NCBI GenBank assembly: GCA_043228905.1
Contig: JBHGNT010000011.1
Location: forward strand, 11,718,001-11,782,000
DNA: 64,000 bases
Source of the DNA: Azolla caroliniana
Lineage: Eukaryota > Plantae > Polypodiophyta
Direction of reading: 5' to 3'
Shown: piece by piece, positions 1 through 13,560 of the stretch
Numbering within the stretch: the stretch's first letter is position 1
Layout of the letters: each line of letters opens with the position of its first letter
The notes under the pieces: generated by a model
The model's database searches: none
What the model saw: the letters and a program-made list of their open reading frames with translations, nothing else
What the model was told of the DNA's origin: nothing
Translations under genes and position numbers: made by a program

Positions 1-1637
1 TATTTGTAAATAGCCCTGAATGTTGTATTAGTATATAAACATCTAGGGAAATCATTATGATATAGAGTAGTTGAATAAGTTATAGTGAATTGTTGCCTCT
101 GTAACTGTGGGTGAGTGAGTAAGTGAGTGAGAGAGGAGTAGTAACTCTACCGTCATCTGCTAGATGAAGACAACCTCGAGGTTGTTGCCTCCAAGTCTCC
201 TTGTATTCCTCTCTCAATTATAGTGATTCTATTTCTTGGGATTTGTGGACCCCCATGGTTTTTCCCTTCGGGTTTTCCACGTTAAATATCCGTGTCTGTG
301 CATTATCTTGCTCATTTTCTTTGCACTCGAACACGTAGTAGTGAGCATAACCGATTGTGGCCGGTCACGATCCTGACAAAGTGGTAACAGAACTATGGAA
401 GACTCATTCAGCGGCATGCTCAAACTTATCGGCTCCAACTATTCGGTGTGGAAGTTGAAGATGCGGGGCATGCTCGTGTGCAAAGACCTGTGGTTGCCGG
501 TGCAGTTCGGAGATAAAAGGGCACACAAGATCAATGCAATGACTTGCGAAGTGTTGCATCTGAAGGCGGCCACATATATAAGGTGTTTTATAGACATGAG
601 TTTGTACAACAACTTCGGTGAAGAAACAGAAGTGGATGTCCTATGGAAGAAGATCGGCATCATGTTTGAAAACAAAAACGTCGTTAACTAAGTATCAGTC
701 TTCCAGAAGATCATGAGATTGAGGTATCAAGATGGCTCCAACATGGCGGAGCACATTAATGCCTTCCAAGGACTAATGAACCAAACCACCTCTCTGGAAG
801 TACCTCTTGCCGAAGACGTATTAGCACTATTGTTGTTGGGATCCCTTCTGGATAGCTAGGAAATGTTGGTTGTCACATAGGGCAACACCAGACAGGAAGG
901 GAAACATCTATCCCTAGAGTAGGTGAAGTCGAGCTTATTGAATCAAGAAGCTTGTTGAAAGGACTGAGGCTCCAATACCCTCATCACAGAAAGTGACACA
1001 AATCGAGGAAGAGGTCGAGATCGAAGTCCCCAGAATCGAGATAAGTCGGGGACAAGGTCAAAGTTGAGGGGACGACCCATGTGCTTCTATTGTGGGAAGC
1101 TAGGGCACTTCCAAAAGAACTACCGACACTTTCGAAAGGAAAAAGGGGGAGTTGATGGTGTAGAGATGAAGAAAATCCCGATAGAAAGAACACCTCAATA
1201 ATCGCCACGAGTGAAGAGGAACAATTGTTCATTAATGAACAAAATGAAGTCAACCTCGTCGGTGAAGAATCGACATGGGTGGTCGATTTGGGTGCGTCGT
1301 TTCACCTAACCCCTGACTGAATGTGCTTCTCATCATATACAAGACCGGACACCATGGTCTTGTAAAAATGGGAAATGAAGGAGCATGCTGAATCGTCGGT
1401 GAGAGATGTCCGACACGTTCCGGAAGTCAGATTGAATCTGATATCAGTTGGTCGGCTGGATGACGAAGGCTACAAGGGTAGCATCCGGAATGGTGTCATG
1501 AAGTTCTGCAAGGGAAGCCTAATCATGACTCAGGCCTAGAAAACCAACACACTGTACATAATGAATGCTCGATTATGTCGAGGGGAAGTAAACGTGGCAA
1601 TCGACACAACCGGTGAGTTGTGCCACAAGAGGCTATG

Positions 1638-2754
1638 TATTAGAGATATGATCTAATGTAAGTGTATGATAAGGAGAAAAGAATGATAGATAGATAGAAA
1701 GAAAGGAGAGAGAGAAAGAAGGGTGCCGATCCACCCGACCACCCCCGAACGAAGGGATCGAGACGAACTCGAGCCTCGATCAGCGTCCCATACTAGCATT
1801 GTGGCGTCGAGTCGTACCTGGTGCTAGCATGCTCGCTACAAGAGTTGAACCACCATGAAATAGAGTCTCGATGTAGTCAAAAGATGATGAAATGAGGGTA
1901 GCTAGGCCTCTTATTTATAGCGATACCCAAGGCCCCCAGGCAAATTCACACTTGGCCTAATGGGTTGTCTCAATCCCGATGATTAAAGGTAATCCTCCCC
2001 TTCTTTTCACTCTCGTTTAACCCTCACACTTATCCACGTGTATAGAATACTACGGTAAATTCTCACCATGGGATATTATATGGTCATGCCCGTAACATAC
2101 TCCCCCTCTTTAAAACATTGCACTCTTGCAATGGAAAGTTAGCGAAGTTAGGTCTGAGAGTATTTTCGCGTTCCCATGTGGCATCTTTTATTGATTTATC
2201 CATCCATTTTATTTTAAATTCTTGGATTTCTTTAGTACGTAATTTTTTTGTTTTAACATCGAGAATTCTTTCTGGTACATGTGTTTTAGAAGATAATTCT
2301 TCAAAAGTAACCAGAGTTTCAGTTGTAACTGTATTATCGCCAGAACCTAGAAGTTCTTTTAGATGACTCACATGAAAAACTAGATGAATTCCAACACCAT
2401 TGGGAAGAACGAGACGATAGGTTGATGACCCAATGCGTTTAAGGATTGTAAAAGTTCCACAAAACTGTGGGGCTAACTTAGCACACTTACCCTTAGACAA
2501 TGTCTTAGAATTGTGAGGTACACGTAAAAATACCTTCTGTCTAGCGTTGAATACACGAGGTTGCCTATGATGATTGGCATAAAAACGCGCTCTATCTTGA
2601 GCAGTTTTTATATTATATCGTGGAATATGCAACATATTTTGCATATCTCAAAGAAAGGTTTGCGTACTTCGCAACTCATCATGATGTATATTAACATCAA
2701 TCGGGGCTCGTGGCTGAAAACCATACGGGCATGACCATATAATATCCCGTAACA
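1638..2754 (-). mobile_element. 5'-truncated Ty3/gypsy chromovirus (integrase C-terminus, chromodomain, PPT, 3' LTR 1638-2097) inserted in copia A
   Basis: ORF 2084-2644 has KLAPQFCGTFTIL, HLVFHVSHLK and chromodomain VPERILD..FKIKW..DATWE. PPT aagagggggagta next to the LTR start at 2097. TSD ctatg (1633-37)/ctacg (2755-59); host HKRL.HMS frame is restored on removal. Confidence 0.88.
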
Positions 2755-3066
2755 CTACGCCACATGAGCTGGAAGGTAATGTAGATGCTAGCCAAAAAAG
2801 AACTCCTACCGATGGTGAAGAAGGTGCATCTGGATAAGTGTGTTGATTGCATGGCCGGCAAACAGAATAGAACGTCATTCCGATCGAGGAAGAAAATACA
2901 GCTGGAACTTGTGCATATAGATGTATGCTACGTGGATACAAAGTCGCATGCTAGTTCACAGTATTTCGTGCCTTCATGTAGACGATTGTAGCAGGAAGTT
3001 GTGGTATTCTATGCTGAAGACGAAGGATCAAGTGTTATCCGCCTTCAAAGAATTCCAAGCGAGGGC

Positions 3067-3522
3067 TGAGAGGGAAACCGACCGAAAATTGAAGATAGTT
3101 CGAGTGAACAATGGCGGAGAGTACCACGGACCGTTCGAAGAATATTGCCAACTGCAGGGAATGCGGCTCGAGTATACCATGCCGAAGACGCTAGAGCTTG
3201 ACGGGCTGGCCGAGAGAATGAGAGGGAAACCAACCGAAAATTGAAGATAGTTCAAGTGAACAATGGCGGAGAGTACCACGGACCGTTCGAAGAATATTGC
3301 CAACTGCAGGGAATGCGGCTCGAGTATACCATGCCGAAGATGCTAGAGCTTGACGGGCTGGCCGAGAGAATGAGAGGGAAACCAACCGAAAATTGAAGAT
3401 AGTTCAAGTGAACAATGGCGGAGAGTACCACGGACCGTTCGAAGAATATTGCCAACTGTAGGGAATGCGGCTCAAGTATACCATGCCGAAGACGCTAGAG
3501 CTTAACGGGCTGGCCGAGAGAA
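3067..3522 (+). repeat. Tandem triplication of a 152-bp integrase segment
   Basis: Unit tgagagggaaacc...ggccgagagaa starts at 3067, 3219 and 3371; repeated ORFs are offset by 152. Confidence 0.93.
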
Positions 3523-3678
3523 TGAACCAAACCGTAATGGAGAGGGTCCGAAGTATGCTTGCACATGCAAAGTTACTGAAGACGTTTTGGGTTGAGGCGG
3601 TGATGACGATAGTGATCACCCTCAGTACCCTTGGTCAGTGATATTCCACAAAGGGTGTGGAGCGGCAAAGACGTCTCA

Positions 3679-4097
3679 TGTTAATGGTTTTTAGGGTTAG
3701 GGTTAATATTTATGATAATGATGATGATTGATGATGACGATAGACATGATGTAATGGTGGAGATGATAAATGGTATGATGGTGAGAGAGAACATGAAGAA
3801 CAAGACAAGCATTGAGGGGTGGGGGGTGGTGCCTAGAATGGCTCCACCCCCTCCCAAGGGGGTTCAACGTAAGGGGAGAGAGAGAGAGAAATGATCATTT
3901 TATTCATTCATTCCCCATAAGGGGTTAAATAGGTACAAAAGGGTAGATACACAAGGGTGCAAGCCCCTTGGGCATTCACACCTAGCCACTCACTCACACC
4001 TCTTTGTATCTACCACACTCACACTCATTATCATATAACTTTACAAACACATTACATCTTTCACCCTCACTTATCACAATTATTAATCACCCGTACA
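3679..4097. mobile_element. Solo LTR (419 bp) inserted in copia A integrase
   Basis: TG..CA termini; TSD tctca (3674-78)/tctcg (4098-4102); non-coding; host sequence resumes after it. Confidence 0.75.
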
Positions 4098-4509
4098 TCT
4101 CGTACGGTAACATCTCTCTCGTGGCAGTGAAGGCTGCAGAAGGCTGTGGCATTGTCGACCACTGAAGCCGAGTACATGGCTACAACGGAAGCCGGTGAGG
4201 AGATAATTTGGATGGAGTTCATTGAAGAGTTGGGAATTCAGCAAGAGGAATTCTGACTCCATTGCGATAACCAAAGTGTCATCCATCTTGCGAAAAATGT
4301 CGCCTACCACTCGAGGACCAAGCACATCCAAAGAAGATACCATTGGCTCCGAGAGTGAGTAGAAGAAAAGGAATTTCCTCTGATGAAGATCCACACGACT
4401 GAAAATGGATTGGACATGCTGACGAAAGTGTTGTTAGCAAAAAAGCTAAATGAGTGCCGACAAAGGGTCGGATTGGTGAAGTACCCCATGCCAGAGTGAA
4501 GGGGGAGTT

Positions 4510-5048
4510 TGTTGGGAAAACAGGTCCCTCCGGATGGGAAGAAGAGAACGAATTGAATCGAAGACACATGGGAAATTTGGCTGAGGCCGAAATCGAAATC
4601 AAAAATCGATTTCGTACCCGATTCGGGGGACTATAATTGTAAATAGTCAGAATGTGCCTTTGGTGGGCCATATTTGTAAATAGACCTGAATGTTGTATTA
4701 GTATATAAACATCTAGGGCAATCATTATGATATAGAGTAGTTGAATAAGTTACAATGAGTAGTTGCCTCTGTAACTGTGGGTGAGTGAGTGAGAGAGAGT
4801 GAGTGAGTAGTAACTCTACTGTTGTCTGCTAGATGAAGACAAGCTCAAGGTTGTTGCCTTTGAGTCTCCTTGTATTCCTCTCTCAATTATAGTGATTCTG
4901 TTTCTTGGGTTTTGTGGACCCCCATGGTTTTTCCCTTTCAGGTTTTCCACGTTAAATATCTTTGTCTATGCATTATCTTGCTCATTTTCTTTGGACATGA
5001 ACACGTATTAGTGAGCATAACCAGTTGTGGCCGGTCACGATCGTGACA
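4510..5048 (+). repeat. 3' LTR of copia A
   Basis: Begins TGTTGGG after the PPT, ends ..tcgtgaCA; 4671-5048 aligns with 1-378. Confidence 0.9.
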
Positions 5049-6212
5049 CATAGTGCCTGTGGCACTTCGAGCCTAATTGCTTTCGACGGTGACAGGTTGA
5101 TTACATATACTGCCATCTGCAATGCTTCAACCCAGAACTCCAGCGTCACTCTAGCTTGTTGGACAATTGTGGTCACTCTCTCTTGGATCATTACGATGAT
5201 CCATTCTGCCACTTCATTTTGCTTGGGTGTGTAAGGAACGATCTTTTGATGTCGGATCCCTTTGTCAGATAGGTACTGCTTGAAGGCTCGGGAGGTATAT
5301 TCGCCTCCGTTTTCGGAATAGAGTGTTTTCACTCTTTGTCCCGACCGGTTCTCCGCTTCGATTAACGATCGAGTGAAGATCTCGAGCACTTCATCTTTTG
5401 ACCTAATCGATTAGGCCCAAACCTTCTGTGTACAATCATCAAAGAACGTGATGAAGTACCAGGAGCCACCTTTTCGGGCATCGGCCCTCTTATATCTGTG
5501 TGCACGAGCTCTACGGGCTAACATACTATCTCATAATGAAGAGAGTGCAGACTGCAAGTCTGTTTCCCGTATCGACAATGCTCGCAAAAGTCCATCTTTG
5601 CTTGAAGTTTCAAGATGTAGTTGAACGCCATTAGCCGATCAAGTTTGGCTTGAGACATATGGCCAAATTATCCATGCCATAAGTTCGGGTCGGTCTTTTC
5701 AGCTACCTTCATGAACCCTTCTAGATTCATCACCATCATTGGGTACAAGTTGTTATACTTGTGCCCGTTTATGATTCTTAGATTTCCTCCGCTGACCATC
5801 CATGCCGACTCATTTAGAGTTGTTCGGTAGCCACCTTCGGCTAACATGCCGATGGAGACCAGACTCCTTTTTAGATCGGGTACATGCGGAACTTGGTGTA
5901 GGGTGATCATATTGTCATTCGACAATCAGATGGGAACCTCTCCGGTCCATGCAATTACGCACTCCTACCCATTTCCGCATCGAACTATGTCGTTGGTGTC
6001 GCTCGAATAGTTCGGAAACCATTCGATGTTCGGGGTGACGTAAAATGTGGCGCCAGAGTCCAACAACCACGTGTGCATGTCTTGCACATTGTAGAGGACT
6101 TCTTCGATCATCGAGTCCTTTAAGGAGAGGATTTCTCCCAATCGAGTGTCGACAACATTGACTTGGTTGCCGACTTGAGAGTGATTCGAGTCAGGTCGTC
6201 CTCAATTCCACT
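5049..6212 (-). mobile_element. Ty1/copia internal fragment (protease, GAG-pre-integrase, integrase), different family from A
   Basis: Minus-strand WLLDSGATF.VT, LHQVPHVPDLKRSLVSIG, VKTLYSENGGEYTS, VPYTPKQNEVAE. Confidence 0.85.
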
Positions 6213-9200
6213 CAAATCGCCTTTCGCCCTAGAACTCCAATGAGAAGAAGGGGCACTCTGGAACTTGTGCATATAGACGTATGCCCAGTGGATGCAAAGT
6301 CACATTCCGGTGCACAATATTTTGTGACTTTCATAGATGTTTCCAGTCGGAAGTTGTGGGTCTTCACACTTAAGACAAAGGACCTAGTGTTATCAGTCTT
6401 CAAAGAATTCCAGGCAAGGGGAGAGAGAGAATCCAGACAGAAACAGAAGGCTATCCAGACAAACAACGGAGGATAATGCAAAGGGTAGTTTGAGGAATAC
6501 TCCTGATCTCAGGGAATCTAACTCAAATATGTTGTGTCAAACACTCTGGAGCTAAACAGTATGGTCGAAAGGATGAATCGAACCGTGATGGAGAAGGTCT
6601 AGTGTATGCTAGCACACACTAAGTTGACGAAAACCTACTGGGCTGAGGCTTTCAATAAGGTTGTCTATGTGATAAACAGGTCTCCCTCAGCTCCTTTAGA
6701 AGGTGATATCCCACAAAGGGTGTGGACAGGGAAGGATGTGTCATACCGACATCTGAGGGTGTTCGGCTGCCTGGCCTATGTGCATGTAGCTAAGGACCAG
6801 AGAGGGAAACTCGATTCCAAGAGCCGACCATGCATATTTCTTGGCTACGATGAAGACAAATTCAGCTATCAGCTATGGAACCTAATCGACAAGAAGGTCG
6901 TTCAGAGCTAGGACATAGTCTTCATGGAGGAAAAGATTATTGCCGATTGGGAGAAAGAGAAGTCGGATATATCCTCCGGACCGGTCAAAAGTCGAACACC
7001 GACTGAAGAACAAGGGGAGTCAAATGGATTCGGACAAGGAGTTGGATTGGTCAAAAGCCGGTTGGTAGTCGGATATGAAGCAATCAGCTTAATAGATAAT
7101 CGACAAGGTCAAGAACCAATTGAGGAATGAGAGAAACCGGTCGAAAGAAGACAGTCAGCCGAACATAGATCTGAATTAGACTCAAATGAAGAATCGATGG
7201 AAGAAGTCGAACAAGAGCCAACTTCGTTGAGTGGAGATAGAAGATATCCCTTGAGAGAGAGAGAGAGCCCCTCGAAGATTCCGGATGAACAACGTGTACT
7301 CCTAACCGATGATGGGGAGCCGGAAAGCTTGAAGGAAGTGAAGAGGGACACCCACAGTAGAAAGTCGTTGAGTGTCATGTAGGATGAGGTGGATTCCCTG
7401 CATGAGAACCACACGTATGAGCTAACGAAGTTGTCGAAAGGAAACGACGCACTCTGGAAAAAGTGGGTGTATAAGTTGAAACCGAGAGATGGTGCAAATC
7501 AACCCAGATATAAGGCCAGAATTGTTGCAAAAGGTTTTCAATAGAAGAACGGTGTACATTTCAATGAAATATTTCCCTCAGTGGTCAAGATAACATCCAT
7601 CCAGATAATGCTGAGCGTAGCGACCAACATGGACCTCGAAGTCGAAGAGTTACATGTCAAGACGGCGTTTCAACACGATCATCTCGAAGAGGAGATATAC
7701 ATGCATCAACTAGAAGGATTCGTGGAGAAAGGAAAGGAGGACCTGGTATGCCGGTTGAAGAAGAGTCTCTACGGACTAAAGCAAGCACCCCGGTAGTGGT
7801 ACTGGAAATTCAAATCCTTCATGGTAGAACACGACTTCCACAAGGTGCAAGCCAACCATTGTGTCTTTGTGAAGCGATATGACGGAGGAGACTTCCTCAT
7901 CCTCCTGGTATATGTCGACGACATGATGATTGTCTGTCGAGACCTGAGGAAAATCGGAAGGTTGAAGAAGGCCCTAAGCAAGTCATTCGCAATGAAGGAC
8001 ATGGGTCCCACATAGCAAATCTTGGGGATGCACGTTGTCCAGGATAGGACAAAGAAGTTGTTATGGTTGTCACAAGAAAAATACGTGACAAAGGTGCTCC
8101 AACGATTTTGCATGGCAACACTAAACCAGTCGGTTCGACACTTCCGACAAACTGTAAGTTGTCCGGGAGACAAAGTCCGAAGACAAGATGACGAAGGTAC
8201 CCTATGCCTCAGCGGTCGGAAGCTTGATGTGTGCAATAGTGTACCAGGCCGGACATCGGATATCCAATCGGAGTCATCAGCCAATTCATTAGCAATCATA
8301 GCAAAGAGCACTAGGCAACAGTCAAGTGGATACTCTGGTACCTAAAAGGCACCTCGAGTGTGCGCCTTTGATTCGGCTCAAGTAAACCCCTATTAGAAGG
8401 ATTTACATATTCAGGCATTTCAGTTGATCTGGATACCTATTGGTCCACGTCCGGATATGTCATGACTTATGCAGGGGGAGTCGTATCATGGCAGTCGAGG
8501 CTGCAAACGTCTGTGGCACTATCAAACACGAAAGCGGAGTATATGGCCACAACGGAAGCCGACAAGGATATAATCTAGATGAAGGAGTTCATCGGAGAGT
8601 TGGGGATTCAACAAGAAGAATTCTAACTCTAATGTGACAACCAAACCACCATCCACCTTGTGAAGAATGTTGCCTACCACTAGAGGACCAAGCACATCCA
8701 GTGGAGATACCATTAGCTCCAGGAGTGTGTAAAAGAAAAGGAGTTTGCTCTTATGAAGATCCACACAACGAAGAACGGATCGAACATGTTGACGAAGGTG
8801 TTGTCAGTAGAGAAACTAGACATGTTTCGATGACGGGTCGGATTGATGGATCACCCCATCCCGGAGTGAAGGGGGAGTTTGTTGGGAAAACAGGTCCCTC
8901 CGAATGGGAAGGAGAGCATGAGCAGGATCAGTCGGATTCGAAGGAAGAGAAAATCTGGATCCGGATCGGCGTCCAGATCGGATCTAGAGAGGCATCCAAA
9001 AAAGGCCACATATGTAAATAGGTTTTTTCTTGTGTTGCGCCTATTTAGGCCAGATTTGTAAATAGTCATAAGTTGTATAAGTATAAAGATAACTAGGGCA
9101 AAACTTTATGTGTAGAGTTGTAACTATGCAAGAGACTGAGAGACTAAGAAGTTGTGCATCTCTGTTGTAACTGCTTGTAGGCAAATAAGACGAGCAAGTT

Positions 9201-9280
9201 GTTGCCTGCGAGTCTCATTGTATTGCCTCTCATAGTGAATCATTTTCTGATTTTCCGTTTTCTCTCCTTTTGTGCTTGAA
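6213..9280 (+). mobile_element. Decayed copia B (Tork-like): integrase, RT, RNase H, PPT and truncated 3' LTR from 8880
   Basis: LELVHIDVCP, KLDSKSRPCIFLGY, LKKSLYGLKQAPR, LVYVDDM; PPT gaagggggag then TGTTGGGAAAACAGG at 8880; right boundary approximate. Confidence 0.9.
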
Positions 9281-9284
9281 TCTC

Positions 9285-11286
9285 AGTTGTAGCCAAACCC
9301 CATTTTTCATCAAAGCTTCAAGAGTGCACGGCCTTGTCCACCACAAAGGTTGAGTAATAGTAGCATCAGAGCCAGTGAAGGAAGCCATTTGGTTGCACCG
9401 ATTGTCAACCAACTTCTCGGCAACAAGACGAATGGACCATCTACTACAACTCTCAGAATGCAATAGACCTCATTAGGAATCCATTCTATCACGTGAAGAC
9501 GAAACACATTAGGGTGCGGTTTCATCATATCCGGGAGCTCGTAACCATGGTTGTTTACGTACTCGTATTTAACATTTAAATACGTATAGTAACTCATAAT
9601 TTGTATAGTACGTACTATAACTCAATGTTGTTCAGTCAAATATCATGTACATTTGTCCAATACGGTATTTAGCGTATATTTGAAAAAACAGGTATAATAC
9701 GTATTTATAAAAAAATGTAAGTAAAACCCCAACAAAAAGCAAAAGAAAAAAAGGATTTTAATGAAAATGAAGCAAAAAGAAGGAAGAAAGAAGAACAAAA
9801 GAGATGACGATGAAGAAGAAGAAGATGATGAGAGAGAAGAAGACAGAAACTTGTCTTAACTCTAACTGTGATAATCACAGAAAATAGATGATGATGATGA
9901 AGAAGACAGAAACCTATCCTGAGTGTGATAATCATAGACGATTCCTCAATCTATGAAGGCATAATCGTAAATAATTACAATTTGAAATAGAACATCGTGA
10001 TACACACTTACACTGATTTATAGAATAAGTGAATGTCAACATCCATATTATAAATATTTTAGGATGTGAAATGTTCAAATGTCTTATATGCATTTTAGGA
10101 TGTAGAACTATAATGTACATCACAAAATTGTGTAAACATAAATGCTTTTTACAATATTACAAATATTTTTTAGAAAGGTAAATAATTTTCAAATTCTAGA
10201 AGTATTTAACGTACTATACATAAAATACGTATTTTATAAGTATTTAACATATTAAAAAACGTATTTAACGTATTTTTTAATTTGGAGGTACTATACGCGT
10301 ATTAATACATTATATACGTATGATATCTGTAACGTATCTAACGTACCTAACAACCTTGCTCGTAACATATAAGAATTTTGAAGTCCGGAAGATCGACACC
10401 GAGGTGAATATCATCGATTGCTTGACAAAGCCACTCCCAAAATAACGATGGCACTACAAGTGACCGAGCAGAAGAGAGCCAAACAAACATTAGGAAAAGT
10501 AAAGGCGAAGACCGGTTCGATCAGACAACCCAAAAAGGAAAAGTGAAAAGAATTGAAATACCAAGAGGCTGAAGATGCAAGACTGAGCAAGGACATCAAC
10601 TAGAGAGGAGACGATCAAGGGATGAACGAACTTGAAGACAGATCGAGGATTCAGCATGGAGCCTAGGAGTAAGCACGAACGAAAAACAAACGGTCGATCA
10701 GAGGTCACGAGTCAAAATCGGACATGAGTCGATCCAGACGAATGAGCCGATTTGGACGCAAGAAGATTCAAACAAGCCGATCTGACCGACTCAGACAAGA
10801 CAACCCGAACAACATATGATCTAGATAATTAGCCGAATTGGGTTAGAGCCCGACATTAACTTTGTACATTCGGCCATATGCTGACAGTCTTGCATGTGTA
10901 CTTGTAACTATAGATTAGACCTATAATCTAGGTTCACGGGGGGGAGATAACCCCAATTATTTGTATACATAGGAAAAATTAGCCCTTTTACGGGGGATTT
11001 TGTTGGCGTATAAGGCCAACTCCTTCCACTTTGTATCTTTAGTGGTGAACACATCTTCAAGTTAGGGCTTGAGTATATAAAGCTCAACCCTAACATTGTA
11101 TATACTCTAGGAGAGAAAAGAGTTACAGAGAAGAGAATAAGAGAGAACTTCCATTGAAGCTTAAATTGTGTCTATCGTCTACCTTTCTTCCTCTTCTTCT
11201 CATTGCATATCTATGTTGTTTGTTGTATACATCTTACTGCAGGTCATCATCATCATCATCCGCTGCCCACCATCATATCGTCAGCA
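9285..11286 (+). mobile_element. Copia C 3' fragment (RNase H, 3' UTR, putative LTR ~11001-11286), interrupted by a hAT element
   Basis: RNase H motifs ALSTT.VE, FYHVKTKHIRVRFHHIREL..KIDTEVNIIDCLTKPLP; purine run cggggga before TGTTGGCGTAT at 11001; end atatcgtcagCA. Confidence 0.7.
9546..10358. mobile_element. Non-autonomous hAT DNA transposon (813 bp)
   Basis: Perfect 8-bp TSD ctcgtaac (9538-45 / 10359-66); imperfect TIRs CATGGTTGTTTACGTAC / revcomp CAAGGTTGTTAGGTAC; many subterminal (T)ACGTA motifs; no transposase. Confidence 0.88.
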
Positions 11287-11910
11287 CCTACCTACAATAA
11301 AACCATATTGGACGGGATGTATCAACTTTGGCAAATACTTTTGTAATCTATTTTCCAAGACCTTTGTAAATATCTTATAGAACCCCCCCCCATCAAAGAA
11401 ATAGGTCTCCATTGATGAAATGACTCGGGAGATGCCACCTTTGGAACTATTAGACCAACCTTCCAACCTTGAGGCATACAACCAGAATCCCAAGAATGTT
11501 GAAACATCAAAGTTAAGGGCCCCTTTAAAATGTTCGAATATCGCTTAAAAACTTCATTTATCAAGCCATCCCAACCTGGGCATTCTCAATGAAATCCGCA
11601 TCCAATTCATGACTAATGAAGTCATGCACAATACATCCAACCACATCATAAAACTCATGACATGCTCTACTCACCTCATTTGTCATTAACAATTGTGGGC
11701 CAATCAACTCCTTAAAGTAATGAACACATATTTCAATTATTGTAGTAGGATCCCCTATCAATTCATCCCCTTGCTTCACATGTACCACATTAGATCGAGC
11801 ATAAGTAGGATGTAATGCTTGGGAAAACAAATGAGATTGATATTGATTATCTATGAGCCCATCCCTAAGTTGCCGCATCTTAGCATAACGATAACTTTGG
11901 CATTGAATTC
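11287..11910 (-). mobile_element. LINE (L1-like) ORF2 fragment, RT N-terminal part
   Basis: WKVGLIVPK..WRPISLMGG; YKIFTKVLENRLQKYLPKLIHPVQYGFIVGR. Confidence 0.85.
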
Positions 11911-12664
11911 TTTTGTTAGTTCAGCTTATTGATGGATCAAAACTTGTGTGGTGGTACAAACGTTGCATATTAACAAGCACAAATATGTATTGTTTAAAGG
12001 GCATTAAACACCTACTAGTTAGCGTAGGCACGGTTGATGTAGGGAATTACATGATATATGATATCAACACGCAATGTTAATATCCAATATATATAAAAAG
12101 ATGTATATACTCAATATGTAAATGGGAGTTGTAGGCATGATCATTTGATCTAAACATGTTAAGAAGTTCTTGAATACTTGTAGCTTATTAATAGTGTTTA
12201 AACATGTTCAAGCCATGTTGGTTGTAATTGAGCATTAATTTAAGAAATTCTTATAGTATTCATTGTGTATTGAGCCAATCATTTGTCTTTCAAGTTAACA
12301 AGTTTGAACTATTATGTTCGTAATCAACTTTCTGATGTCATTATTTTGGATATCCCACCAATGTTGATGGTTTTAGTCTACACATACCAAAGTGGATCTT
12401 CAATCTAATGCTAGGTAACTACGTATATTGGAATTTGGAAATCAAATACTACAAGCCTGCCATTTTTCTATCAAGTTGAAAGTGTTTCATTTGATCATGA
12501 TTACAATTGTTATGTCAATTATTTGGATATCATGAGGTCATTAGTTTGATATGGCCAATGTGGCATGCAAGAATTAGCAAATGGAGTCACAAGAAAGTGT
12601 AAAGTGGTGTTTTAGACAACTTGTGTGGTGCATTAATAGTTTATTATTACATCAACATTTCTCT

Positions 12665-13560
12665 TCTTTTTTTCTTCTTTTTTCCAAAAAAGAATATACT
12701 CCTTTAGTTAAAATATACACAAACTTGATCCCTTTCTCGGGAAGGCCGAGCCAAGATTATCCTATCCTACACAAGAGATCTTGCTTATTTATCTTACACT
12801 TTCACATATGGCTCTAGTCATCCTTTCATGCACATCACCTACATTCACTATCCCACATGCCATGTCTTTCACGCCCCTCGTTCATCTAATGGGAGGGGGG
12901 AACAACCATTTGGGTACTTCATACTTCCATAGTATATCCATTCCATTTGATGCGGCCATCGGTGTAGTACACCATCGCTTTCGAAAATTCAGCCTCATTA
13001 GTTCTGCAACATCGTTAGTACCATCAATCCTCTCATATTGAGCTCTTAGTGTAGTTATTAATGTGTACCAGATTAGCTTAATCGTTTCAGTTGGGGGGCG
13101 TTTGTGTGCTGAAAATACCTTGGTACACCTTGTTGTCCATATATACCATATAGTAATGGGGGCAAGCAACATCCAAAAATCTCCAAGATTTTGATTTTGT
13201 GCACAAGTTGTAGGTAACTTGTTGTCAGTGATCAGCCGCACAATGTCATTCTCCCCTCTGTACTTAGCATCGCATGTGCTATCGTATTTCGCCACATCAT
13301 CCTCAAGACAAATCCAGCAAGCATATCCCCAGTTGAGGGTGAACGAACTAGAGGCATGGCAAAGCAAACGTAGTGCCCTTCCCCATACAGCCACGATCTA
13401 GCACCATACCTTCATCATCAGGCAAGGTAAGGCCTTGTATTTGCCAAGATCTATCAGCAATTTGATAATGCAAAGCTTCTGCTGCAATGATGTATAAGTA
13501 CGGGGCCAATGGGCATCCTTGGCGTACCGAACGTAGCATCTTAAAGCTCTTCCCCATACT
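12665..13560 (-). mobile_element. Internally deleted, 5'-truncated LINE with A-rich 3' tail
   Basis: RSVRQGCPLAPYLYIIAAEAL (RT) joined directly to the C-terminal domain (TIWYIWTTRC); T-rich tract at ~12665-12685 on + strand. Confidence 0.8.

Larger units (their letters stand above)
1..5048 (+). mobile_element. Decayed Ty1/copia LTR retrotransposon A (Tork-like); RT deleted; two nested inserts
   Basis: 5' LTR remnant 1-378 matches 3' LTR 4510-5048 (TG..CA). Met-type PBS-like tggtaacagaac at ~382, gag ATG 395 (MEDSFSGMLKL..NYSVWK..MLVCKDLW), protease WVVDLGASFH, integrase ~2760-3678, RNase H ~4115-4500, PPT gaagggggag before 4510. Many stops and frameshifts. Confidence 0.92.
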
